Below, one piece after another: positions 26,078 through 37,349 of a stretch of DNA of 64,000 bases (position 1 is its first letter; each line of letters begins with the position of its first letter). The stretch covers positions 70,804,001 through 70,868,000 of the forward strand of contig NC_043004.1 in the NCBI RefSeq assembly GCF_006345805.1, in the 5' to 3' direction. Under the pieces are notes generated by a model that saw nothing but the letters and a program-made list of their open reading frames with translations, was not told the origin of the DNA and made no database searches. Source of the DNA: Octopus sinensis (taxonomy: Eukaryota). Made by a program: the position numbers and the translations under genes.

Positions 26078-26488
26078 AGGCACAGGAGTGGCTGTGTGGT
26101 AAGTAGCTTGCTAACCAACCACATGGTTCCGGGTTCAGTCCCACTGCGTGGCATCTTGGGCAAGTGTCTTCTGCTATAGCCCCGGGCCGACCAATGCCTT
26201 GTGAGTGGATTTGGTAGACGGAAACTGAAAGAAGCCTGTCGTATATATGTATATATATATGTATGCGTGTGTGTGTTTGTGTGTCTGTGTTTGTCCCCCT
26301 AGCATTGCTTGACAACCGATGCTGGTGTGTTTACGTCCCCGTCACTTAGCGGTTCGGTAAAAGAGACCGATAGAATAAGTACTAGGCTTACAAAGAATAA
26401 GTCCCGGGGTCGAGTTGCTCGACTAAAGGCGGTGCTCCAGCATGGCCGCAGTCAAAATAACTGAAACAAGTAAAAGAGTAAAGAGAGT
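26078..26488 (+). mobile_element. SINE family A, young subfamily
   Basis: CpG-rich, near-consensus. Shares diagnostic changes with 55663-56055. Confidence 0.92.
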
Positions 26489-27492
26489 TTATTCCATTGC
26501 CACAGGATTATGGTTGATGTTGTTACCCCGTCTCTTATTTTCTGCTGTTGGTTGTGGTTCCGCTATGGCAAGTTAGAAATTCACTGTTTACGGTTATTTG
26601 ATTCTTGTTCCTGTACCTGTGCTAAGCAAATTATAAAACTTGGCGACAAGTTTGTTGCCAAAAACAAGACACTATACCTTACATTTGCTTATCTTGAGCA
26701 GGTCTGTAAAAAAGTACCATACTTCATTGTTGGTTGTCACTAAGAAAATTAGGTGTGAATAAAGTTTTGTGAAATTTGTGCACGCCTTGTACAGAGACTC
26801 TATTAGCAAGGTGAAAGTTAGCAACAAGTTTGGTAAAGAATTTAGCATACTGGTAGGTGTCTGTTGTATTGGTTCCAATTCTCCTGGCCACAACAGAGGA
26901 ATCTAAGACTGGATTGTCTGTGGAAACTCCTCCTTGCTGATGATGATTTGGCTTTCATAGCTGACTCCGTCAAAGATATAGTGAAGCAATCCCTTACATG
27001 GAAGCAAAACTTAGAATCAAGAAACCCTAATGGGAATCAAGCAAAGGTAAAAGATTTTGTTGGCAGTGAGAAAAAAATTAGGGTTCTATAATTATTTTGA
27101 TGATGGAAAGAAGTTGGTGGAAATTCTATAAGTTGTATCAAAATGTACACTATGAATGCATAAAAAGATGTAGTGAGTCACAGAAAAATTGACAGAGAGG
27201 AAAGCCTTCATATGAATCTGATGTGGGCTGGAGTAGTTCACATCAAGAGTACCCATGGAATAAATTCTTTCAAATGCATAGAACATTGTTTCTCAACCTT
27301 TTTACCCTTTCATAAGCCTTAAAATAAATTACATGTCTCAAGGAACCCCTGCATTATATATGGTGTCCATAGATTACAAATATTGCTAAATATATCCCCA
27401 ATGGCTGTTGTATTTTTTTTAACATAATAGGTTAGTACATTATTTACATTATTTACATTCGACGGATATTTGTTCTCATCTTGTTTGTTGTT

Positions 27493-27538
27493 AACACAAC
27501 GTTTCGGCTGATATACCCTCCAGCTTTCATCAGGTGTC
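27493..27538 (-). ncRNA. Hammerhead motif (family H), stem II closing pair mismatched
   Basis: GACAC-CUGAUGA-A-AGCUG...CAGCC-GAAA-CGUU-GUGUU. Confidence 0.55.
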
Positions 27539-27657
27539 TTGGGGAAATTTTGAACCTGGGTTCTCATTCCTAAGGTATTTTTTGATGGGAATATGGTGTA
27601 GTTGTTAAGCGCGCGAGCTACTAATCCCAAGATTCTGAGTTCAGTTCCAGTCAGTGA

Positions 27658-27699
<42 letters not shown>

Positions 27700-27751
27700 C
27701 AACATTGAAAAATACCTTAGGAATGAGAAATCAGGTTCGAAATTTCCCCAA

Positions 27752-27797
27752 GGCACCTGATGAAGGCTGGAGAGTATATCAGCCGAAATGCCGTGTT
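27752..27797 (+). ncRNA. Hammerhead motif (family H), cleavage triplet mutated, probably inactive
   Basis: GGCAC-CUGAUGA-A-GGCUG...CAGCC-GAAA-UGCC-GUGUU lacks U16.1. Confidence 0.45.
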
Positions 27798-29809
27798 GAC
27801 AACAAACAAGACGAGGACAAATATCCTTCAAATGTAAATAATGTAAATAATGTACATAATTCCTTGTCTCTTAAATATAGAACTGTATAATCGGTTAGAT
27901 AGGATGATGTCTATATTGCAATATTACAATAACCAATTATATGTTGTGCATGTATAAGTAATATTACGGTCATGAAATTAGCATTAGCTTACCTTACTCT
28001 TTCTCATGGAACTCTGGTTGAGAAACGCTGGCATAGAAGATTCTTACAAGAAGCTGATAGCTTTTATTATGTAGGTGATCTGTGAAGGTGTGTGGGTTAG
28101 CAGTTAGGATATTCAGCTCATGATTGTAAGGTTGTGAGTTCAGATCCTAGCAACACATTGTCTCTTTGAGCAAGACACTATATTTCACATTGCTCCTGTC
28201 CATTCAGCTGGCAAAAATGTGTAGTACCTGTAGTAACAAGGGCCAGCCTTGTCACATTCTGTGTCACTCTGAATCTCCATGAGAACTATGTTAAGGGTAC
28301 GCATCCCTGCGGAGTGCTCAGCCATTTGCACAATAATTTCATGAGCAGGCTGTTCTGTTGATCGGATCGACTGGATTACTTATTGTAACCGATGGAAACA
28401 AACTGCTTACCACACAGCCATGCCTGCACCTCTTGGAGCAGGTATGATTCCTCCAATGGAACACAAAGAAGCTGAGGAAAAGCAGAAAAAAACACAACAA
28501 AATCCCTGTACAAGAAGAATCAAATGGATCGTGCAAAAGAGGAGATTGCACTAGTATGGAACATGTAATGTATATGAAGGATGATGTTTGGGTAAAAATG
28601 TGCCAACTTAGATCCTAGAGGAAGGAACCTTCAGCACAGGAAGACATGGGTAAAAGCAGTGGAAGCTGATCTCAGGATGTTGGTTCTCAGGAAGGAGATG
28701 ACAAAAGGCTGCAACAAGTAGTAAAATAGTGTGTTGGAGAAAACATACCTAACACCTCTACCAGCATGAAAAAAACGCAGAAAAAAAAAGGATGAAAAAT
28801 GATGATGATATATTATGGGGATTTAATGTTTCCTGGCTTTCTTGTTTTCTGTTTTGTTTTTGTTTTAATTTCACTTTGGAAGCTAAAGAAAGAGAAATCT
28901 GGTTGCAATATGTGTGTGTAAGGTGTAAGAAAACCTTCAATTTGAAGCTAAAACCTGTATTTCTGTGTATTTGTGAATCTGTGTGTGTGTGTGTGTGTGT
29001 GTATTTATGTATATGTATCTATATATGAATGTATGTATATGTATATATATGGATGTGTGTATATTATAAATTTGTGTCCATATGTTCATTTTTGTGAGAA
29101 AGCTTTCAGTTTTGAAACCAAAATCTGGGTGTAATTATATATGTATATTTGTATGTTCTTATGCATGCATATGTTTATGTATTTATTTGTGTATATGTGT
29201 GCGTGTAAGAGAGATAAAGAGGGAGAGAAAGAGAGTGAATGAGAAAGCTGTCAATTTTAGAAGCCAAAATATGGATAGAAATATATTATGTGTGTATATG
29301 TGTGTTGTGTTTCTGTGCATGTCTAAGTGTGTGTGTGTGTGTGTGTGTGTAGGTGGTGTAAGGCTCTTTCAGTTTTGTATCTAAAACCTGGTTGTAATTA
29401 TATATGCTTCCATGTATTTGGGTGAAGGTGTTGGAAATGTAAAGAGTACAAGCTTTCAATTTTAGGGTTAAAAATTTGCATGCAATTTTGTGTCTCTGTA
29501 TGATGTATGTGTTTATGTGTTTGTGGTGCGTGTATATAAATTTATATATTTCTCCATATGTGTGTATATGTATTTGTATATATATGTGTGTGTGTGTATA
29601 CAATATATATTTGTTTCTGCCTATGTGTATCTCTATATCTGTGTATATATGCGTGTGTGTGTGCAGGCATGAAATTTGGTATTAATATTTTTGATCAATA
29701 ACTGATGAAGAATTTGAGTCCTGTTGTCTGTCCTAAGTGTACATTTTATAGTATTTAATGCATTCTTCATTTATGGAATAGCTGAGCATCACACATTCCA
29801 ACATTATAC

Positions 29810-29933
29810 ACACACACACACAACACACACACACACACACAGACATATATATATAAATATGCACACAGACACAGACACACACATATATACATACATACAT
29901 ACATACATATATATATATACATATATATATATG

Positions 29934-29991
<58 letters not shown>

Positions 29992-30520
29992 ATCTAAACA
30001 TGAAAACACAAAGAGAAAACACACAACAATGCAAGGACGTGGAACAAGTATAGTGTTATTGGACGCTCAGGAAAGGAAAGAATGAAGGAGGATTTAATGT
30101 TTCAAGCGGAGCTCTTCGTCAGAAACATAGAGAAAGGAAAGATCCAAGGAAGGGAAGAAGGAGGAAAAAAAAATCGCCAACGATACACACGCGGTCACAC
30201 ATATACACATACACACCAAAAAGCCATAGAAATGCTGCCAAAACAGACAGATGGAACCCAGCAGCTCTCCAGTGGGCTGTCCAACCATGCCAGCATGGAT
30301 AACAGACGTTAAATGATGATGATGATATAAATTAGAACTCTGTCGTTTATGACAACAAAACTGCCAGTCGATCTGATCAACGGAACAACCTGCTCGTGAA
30401 ATTAGTGTGCAAGTGGCTGAGTACTCCACAGTAATGTAGTCCTCAGGGAGATTCAACGTGACACGGTGTGTGGCAAGGCTGGCTCTTTGAAATAGTTACT
30501 ACTCATTTTTACCAGACACA

Positions 30521-30551
<31 letters not shown>

Positions 30552-30647
30552 CAGACATATATATATAAATATGCACACAGACACAGACACACACATATAT
30601 ACATACATACATACATACATATATATATATATACATATATATATATG

Positions 30648-30707
<60 letters not shown>

Positions 30708-31250
30708 ATCTAAACATGAAAACACAAAGAGAAAACACACAACAATGCAAGGACGTGGAACAAGTATAGTGTTATTGGACGCTCAGGAAGGAAAGAATGA
30801 AGGAGGATTTAATGTTTCAAGCGGAGCTCTTCGTCAGAAACATAGAGAAAGGAAAGATCCAAGGAAGGGAAGAAGGAGGAAAAAAAAATCGCCAACGATA
30901 CACACGCGGTCACACATATACACATACACACCAAAAAGCCATAGAAATGCTGCCAAAACAGACAGATGGAACCCAGCAGCTCTCCAGTGGGCTGTCCAAC
31001 CATGCCAGCATGGATAACAGACGTTAAATGATGATGATGATATAAATTAGAACTCTGTCGTTTATGACAACAAAACTGCCAGTCGATCTGATCAACGGAA
31101 CAACCTGCTCGTGAAATTAGTGTGCAAGTGGCTGAGTACTCCACAGTAATGTAGTCCTCAGGGAGATTCAACGTGACACGGTGTGTGGCAAGGCTGGCTC
31201 TTTGAAATAGTTACTACTCATTTTTACCAGACACACACACACACACACAC
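29810..31250. repeat. Near-identical tandem duplication, 715-bp offset
   Basis: 30082 vs 30797 and 30094 vs 30809 give identical ORFs. Junctions lie in (CA)n tracts. Confidence 0.95.
29985..30215 (-). mobile_element. Penelope-like terminal-repeat remnant with hammerhead motif (30092-30126)
   Basis: The minus strand reads GUUU-CUGACGA-A-GAGC(UCC)GCUU-GAAA-CAUU-AAAU. Duplicated at 30700-30930 (motif 30807-30841). Confidence 0.55.
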
Positions 31251-32029
31251 ACACAGAGCAGACTTCCACATAGTTTCCGTCCACTAAATTTACTCACAAT
31301 GTATGAGTTTAGGCTGGGGTTATAATAGAAGACAGTTATTGAAGGTACTGCATAGTAGAATTGAACCTGAGACCACATGGTTGCAAAGCAAGCTTCTTAG
31401 CTATGCTGAAATATGAAAATGTCACTAATCACATGCACACTTATTTAATAATGTCCAGATGTCCACATTACTGAATGACCATTGATTCCTGGATCCACCT
31501 GCTCTTTCATGAGACCTGCATGTGCAGGCATGGCCCTGTGGTTAAGATGCCTGCTTTGCAATCACATGGTTTTAGGTTCAGTCCCATTGCATGGTGCTTT
31601 GGCAAGTGTCTTCTACCAATGCCATGTGAGTGAATTTTGTTGGCAGAAAATGTGTGGAAGCCCATTGTAGATACGTGTGTGTGTTTTTGTGTTTGTTCTC
31701 CCACCACCACCACCACCACTGGTGTTGGTTTGTTTATGTTATCTTTTACTTGTTTCAACCATTAGGCTGTGGCCATGCTGGAGCACCACTTTGAAGAATT
31801 TTAATTGAAGGAATTGACCCCAGTGCTTTTTTTTTTGTAAGCCTGCTACTTACTCGATCAATCTCTTTTGCTGAGCTACTAAGTTATGGGGATGTAAACA
31901 CACCAACACTGGTTGTCAAGCAGTAGTGGTACACACACACACACACACACAGTTTTCTTTCTGTTTCTATCCACCAAATCTACTCACAAGGCTTTGGTCA
32001 GCCTGGGGCTATAGTAGAAGACACTGTAT

Positions 32030-32190
32030 CAGGACAGTTACCCGCCACAGGACAATTTCCCCTGGTGACAACTACCCCCTCAGACAATTACCCCCCTTGG
32101 TTAATTACCCTCCTGTCCAATATATTAAGAAGTTTTAAATCATCATCTGTTGTCCTCAGGAGTAATTGTCCATCAGGGCTAAATGTCCTA
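32030..32190. repeat. Short element with subterminal tandem ggacaattaccc-like motifs and their reverse complement
   Basis: ggacagttaccc, ggacaatttccc, gacaactaccc and gacaattaccc on the left; ggagtaattgtcc on the right. MITE-like, unclassified. Confidence 0.45.
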
Positions 32191-32412
32191 GGCTTGAAGA
32201 CACTTGCCCAATGTGCTGTGCAGTGGGGCTGATCAACCTTAAAGTCTGGTACATATTTCTTCCAATATCTTTTGCCAGACTACAATGTTATGAGAACATA
32301 GACAAACAGGCACAAGCATGGCTGTGTGGTAAGAAACTTGCTTCCCAATAACATGGTTCCAGGTTCAGCCCCACTGCACAGCACATTGGGCAAGTGTCTT
32401 CAAGCCTAGGAC
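32185..32412. repeat. Perfect 48-bp inverted repeat (SINE A-derived) around a 128-bp segment duplicated at 37373-37500
   Basis: Arms at 32185-32232 and 32365-32412. 32231-32358 is identical to 37373-37500. Confidence 0.9.
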
Positions 32413-33188
32413 GTGATATAGATATATGCATGTATGCGTATGGTATATTTTGATAGATATAAAGATGTGTGTGTTTGTGAAGCGTTGCCCTCACATCACA
32501 GGATAGTTGTAAAACAATTGTCATGGCCGTACAAGCAGTATCACTCATTTGAAATACTCTGTATGACAACAAAATACCTTGCTTGGAAATGGATGAGAGT
32601 TTGTGACAGGGAAGGCATCTGGCCAGAGATTACATGCCTTAATAAACTCCATCCAACTTATGCAAGCATGGAGAAACAGATGTGATGATGATGATGATCA
32701 TGATGATTGTGTGTGTGTGTGTACATGCATATGTCTGTATATGACTCTATCTATCTCCCTACTGAAAAGACTAAGGTAGTAATTGTGACATCGTTTATGT
32801 CCCATGTAAACAAATGATTCACCAGCTCAGTAGTGTGTGTCACGTTAAGGCATGTCTCTGCATATCTTACTGAAGACGAGGCTTGGCAACAGGAAGTACA
32901 TCTAGCAACGAAATGCTACCTGAAGAAGATTTGTCCAACTCATACCTGCATGGTAAATGTTGAAATAAAAGTGTGTGTGTGTGTGTGTGTGTGTGCATGT
33001 GTTTGAGTGTGTGTGTGTATGTGTAGAAACATATATAAAAATCACCATTGGTGATCTCTCGTAGTTAAGGAAAACACAGAGATAAAAACAATGATGAAGT
33101 ATATGCACACATAAAATATAGATATTAATCTATGTACATGTGTATGTGTACATGTATGTATGTATGTATATATATGTATATGTGTGTG

Positions 33189-33234
<46 letters not shown>

Positions 33235-33254
33235 CATACATACATACATATATA

Positions 33255-33483
33255 TATACCGGAGTAAACACATAAATGTGAAACAAGGTGGAAAAAAGAG
33301 TACTCAAATACCAGTGGTAGAGTAATATGCTTTATTTAAAGCAGCAGAAAATTCAACAAAACCTATTACTCTGAGTTTCACGTTCCGTTCGTCGGACAGT
33401 TTTTGCTAGAAAAACTGTCCGACGAACAGAAACGTGAAACTCAGAGTAACAGGTTTTGTTGAATTTTCTGCTGCTTTAAATAA
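33255..33483. mobile_element. Penelope-like foldback remnant with a hammerhead-like motif in each arm
   Basis: About 73-bp arms at 33332-33404 and 33410-33483. Motif CUGU-CCGACGA-ACG(GAA)CGU-GAAA-CUCAGA-GUA-ACAG. Confidence 0.65.
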
Positions 33484-33540
33484 TACATATATATATATAT
33501 ACATAGAGAGAGAGAGCCCTATCCATATGTATGTATATGC

Positions 33541-33585
<45 letters not shown>

Positions 33586-33907
33586 TATATGGTCCAAAGC
33601 ATGCGTGATAAGATGGACATTAAGCAATGATACTGACGATACTTTGTGTGTGTTTGTGTGTGTTTGTATCACCATTTCATCATCATCATCATCATAATAA
33701 TCATCTAACATCCACTTTTCCATGCTTGCATGGGTCAGACAAAATTTGCAAAGGCAGATATTTTTTCTATGGCCTTTAAAGCCCTTCCTGTCATCAACCC
33801 TTGACTCTTTTCAAGCAAGGTAATATATACCCCCAACCTCCAACGCCGACCCCAACACTCATGACCATACATGTTTCTGCAGAATTTTGGTAAATGAACA
33901 ACAATAC

Positions 33908-34058
33908 CTGTATGACAATGACACTTGTCTGCAACCAGATTTAGGTAGACACAGGTATCCACACACAGGCACAATGTGGTTGAGAAGTTCATTTGCCACT
34001 GCAGAGCCCTTTTCAGCAAGTCTCTTCAACCAAAGTCCCTGCAAGTCATGGTAATGAT
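33908..34058 (-). CDS. Candidate internal coding exon of an unidentified gene
   Basis: Unique sequence with a pyrimidine tract and ctcacag| acceptor, a CAG|GTATTG donor, and an open frame (D)HYHDLQGLWLKRLAEKGSAVANELLNHIVPVCGYLCLPKSGCRQVSLSY(R). No family recognised. Confidence 0.45.
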
Positions 34059-34183
34059 CTGTGAGAGAATTTTGATAGGAAGAAACAAAGGAACACATCT
34101 GCTTGTGATAGGCTTGACCAAAAGCCAAATTTATCCTACATGCGATGTCACTTGTGCATCGCAGGTCAGTAACGTTTGGACAC

Positions 34184-34224
<41 letters not shown>

Positions 34225-34293
34225 ATGCAGTATGGTTTCCATTGCTGTGCGTTTGTGCGTGTCGAATAGCCCAGCCTGGCAGCACCACCATAC

Positions 34294-34308
34294 CTGTGAA
34301 GTTTATCA
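34294..34308 (-). CDS. Candidate 15-nt microexon, or the 3' end of a longer Ser/Pro-rich exon
   Basis: ggcag|TGATAAACTTCACAG|gtatgg. Its phase-1 end joins the 33908-34058 exon in frame (INFT-DHYH). Confidence 0.3.
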
Positions 34309-34339
34309 CTGCCGATGCAGGAGGGGTGGGGGGTAAAGA

Positions 34340-34480
34340 TGGGGAAGAAGAAGAAGAAGAAGATGGGGAAGGAGAAGAAGAAGAAGGAGGAGGAGGAGGA
34401 GAAGAAAGAAGGAGGAGAAGAAGAAGAAGAAGAAAAACAACAAAGGTAAAAGAAGAAAGAAGAAAAACAACAAAGGGTGT
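34340..34480. repeat. (GAA)n/(GGA)n trinucleotide microsatellite
   Basis: Directly visible. Confidence 0.92.
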
Positions 34481-34746
34481 AGAAGGATGACAACAACAAG
34501 GCCGAGGAAGAAGAAAAGGCAGAAAGTGTGGGGGGGGGAAGAGATGATGTGAAGAAGCAGCATGAATGAGGACACGAATGAATGAAACAGAAGTGAAAGC
34601 ATTGTGAGAGAAGAATCAATGACATCAAATTGTGTTTGGTCACATGACAGAAAGGAGAAGATTATACAATGCCAATATAGGATGCCGCTTGTTGGCATGG
34701 AGCTAGAATGTGTGTGCAAGTGGGTGCATGTATGCATGTACGTATC

Positions 34747-34789
<43 letters not shown>

Positions 34790-34894
34790 GTATATACATA
34801 TATACACATATGTATATACATATATACACATATGTATATACATATATACACATATGTATATACATATATACACATACATATGTATATACATATG

Positions 34895-34946
<52 letters not shown>

Positions 34947-35626
34947 CATATATACAGATATATACATGCATATAAATATATACATCCACACATCCTCACA
35001 CACATATATATATGCATGCATACATACATACATACATCACATATATGACACACACACACATTGGTAACAGATGAGATCAATAGAACCAATACACACCATT
35101 ATTGGCAGAACTGAACTTCATGCTGAAACAATACTTTTGCCCGGGGGGGGGGGGGGGGGGATTTTTGCTTTCTTTTAAATTTTTAACATCACATCCGTCA
35201 TCATCATCATCACCACCACCACCACCACCACCACCACCACCAGCAACAACACGACCATCCCCATCATCGTCATGATCCTCCTCCTCACAATTGCTGATAA
35301 TATCAACGCCAGTACTTGGCTGGTACTTATTCTATCAGTCAAGTACCAAGGTATTGATAGACTCAAGTGTTCTCTCTCCCACAAAATTTCTGACTTTGTG
35401 ACTATGTTTAGAAACCATCAACATTATGTCACCCTTGCTTTTCTTTTTTTTTTACTGATGTATACTATGTATATGTTTTTCTTTTTATTTATACTGTATC
35501 CCATGCATATTTTCTATCTTTTTTGTCACTTCTTTTTTATATCATTCCCTTCTATGTAAATTCTCACATTCTATGTCTGTCTTTCTATTGTCCCCTCATC
35601 TGTTACCCTGCTGGCAAATACAAAAA

Positions 35627-35661
<35 letters not shown>

Positions 35662-35689
35662 CATTATTATTATTATTATTAATATTATT

Positions 35690-36160
35690 GAGTGAGAGAG
35701 CATAGCATGCCATCAAAGTGACACTCGGATAAAATATACGAAGCCCAATATACCCATTATGACTACCCGTCTGATAAGGGTACACCAAGCACATGCATCA
35801 CAACCATATGTGTGCAACATGGTGATCTCATATCAAGATAAACAGCGCATGACCTTGCAATTGGGGCCCAGTTAGAATTTTCTTCTGGTCGAGTAGCCCA
35901 TCCCACTCAAAAGGTCCCTGAATAAGGATTGTTTAAGGATGTTGAACGAACCGCCTATGTTTCCAAAGGGGAATTATCCAAACTTCTAAGAATTCCTTTC
36001 AACACACGGCTATGATGCTCCCCCACTACTTCTGCTTGTGATCAGAGATGCACATATCGTCAGCCACTAAGGGACATGGTCAACTGGTTATGGTCAAACA
36101 ACTGACAAGCAAATCTGTGGTATTGAGCAGATTATTTGCTGGAGCCCATCTTTTATACCA
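35690..36160 (+). mobile_element. Unclassified interspersed repeat, family E
   Basis: Highly similar to 53570-53850 (gcatgccatcaaagtgacact...ctgataagggtacacc...). Confidence 0.75.
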
Positions 36161-37100
36161 ATCGTCGTCGTCGTCCTCATCATCATCATTATTATTATTA
36201 TTATTAAGACAGTGAGCTGGCAGAATTGTTAGCACACCAGACAAAATACTTAGCAGCATTTCATTAGTCTTTACATTCTGAGTTCAAATTCTTGCAAGGT
36301 TGACTTTGTCTCTCATCTTTTTGGGGTCAATAAAGGAAGTAGAGTTGAGTACTGAGGCCAATGCAGTCAGCGTTTCGGGTTCAGTACCAATCAAGTACTA
36401 GGATCGATGTAATCAACTAGCGTCTTTCCCCAAAATTTCAGGCCTTGTACCTATAGTAGAAAGAATTATTATTATGGCAAACTGGCAGATATAAGGCAGC
36501 GAGCCGGCGGATATAAGGCAGCAAACTGGTGGATATAAGGAATCATTTGCACGCCAAGCAAAATGCTCGACAGCATTTCATCCATCTTTACACAGAGTTC
36601 CAATTCATCCAAGAGTGACGTTGCTTTTAATCACTTCAGGGTTGATAAAATAAGTACCGGTGAAACACCCAGGAAATTGCTGGCCTTGTGCAAAAATTTG
36701 AAATCATTATTTTACTTCTCAGAGCTCTCAGTCTTGCTTGCTCTGGTTGATTCTTGGAGAGCAGACAGTAACCTGTTGTCAGAGGTCTTACAGGGTCTCC
36801 TGCAAATTATAAGCTTTGATACTAGGACACTGTCTTGTCATGGAAGACACTCAATACTCAAGAACCAATCCCAAAATAATTATGTGTCCCCATTAGAGTA
36901 GTTTTGGGGGTCTGCTCTACCTTCATTTCAATTCCAATTTCTCCAGTATTTTTCTCAAACCTGGTTGTTAGTGATCCTAGTGTCCCTACAACTACTGAGA
37001 GTGGGCACTGAGCTGACAGAATCATTAGTTCACCACAAAAAATGCTTAGCAGTATTTTTTATGGTTTTATGTCCAGAATTCAAGACAGTTTTTTTATTTA

Positions 37101-37349
37101 CAGTAGTGGTTAAGAGCGTGGGCTACTAACCCCAGGATTCCAAGTTCAATTCCAAGCAGTAACCTGAACAATATTAATAATAATAAGAATAATAATAACA
37201 TCGAAAAATACCTTAGGAATGAGAACTCAGGTTTGAAACTTCCCCAAGATACCTGATGAAAGCTGTAGGGTATATCAGCCGAAACGTTGTGTTAACAACA
37301 AACAAGATGAGAACAAATATCCGTCAAATGTAAATAATGCAAATAATGT
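37101..37349 (+). mobile_element. Family H SINE, single copy with TSD
   Basis: tRNA-like head, (AAT)n and hammerhead motif at 37248-37293. Direct repeat acagtttttt(t)attta at 37085-37100 and 37350-37364. Confidence 0.88.

Larger units (their letters stand above)
27436..27886. mobile_element. Family H SINE: inverted tail copy (27436-27585, -) plus full copy (27590-27886, +)
   Basis: Two arms in opposite orientation. Flanked by the near-perfect direct repeat ataat(a/c)ggttag at 27424-27435 and 27887-27898. Confidence 0.88.
27284..28030. mobile_element. hAT/Charlie MITE with 8-bp TSD
   Basis: TIR cattgtttctcaacc / ggttgagaaacgctg. Perfect 8-bp TSD gcatagaa at 27276-27283 and 28031-28038. Confidence 0.85.
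26770..28745 (+). mobile_element. Decayed RTE-clade LINE ORF2, fragmented by later insertions
   Basis: LYRDSISKVKVSNKFGKEFSILVGV, then LLLADDDLAFIADS...WKQNLESR (decayed YADD region), a DSF.Y.GD-like piece near 28050, and a C-terminal GRPRKTW-like segment near 28620-28660. Confidence 0.75.

Noticed and set aside
36563-36901. 112-aa ORF with a protein-like second half (LSVLLALVDSWRADSNLLSEVLQGLL)
   Set aside because: The first half is SINE D sequence. The remainder has no convincing donor and no recognised motif.
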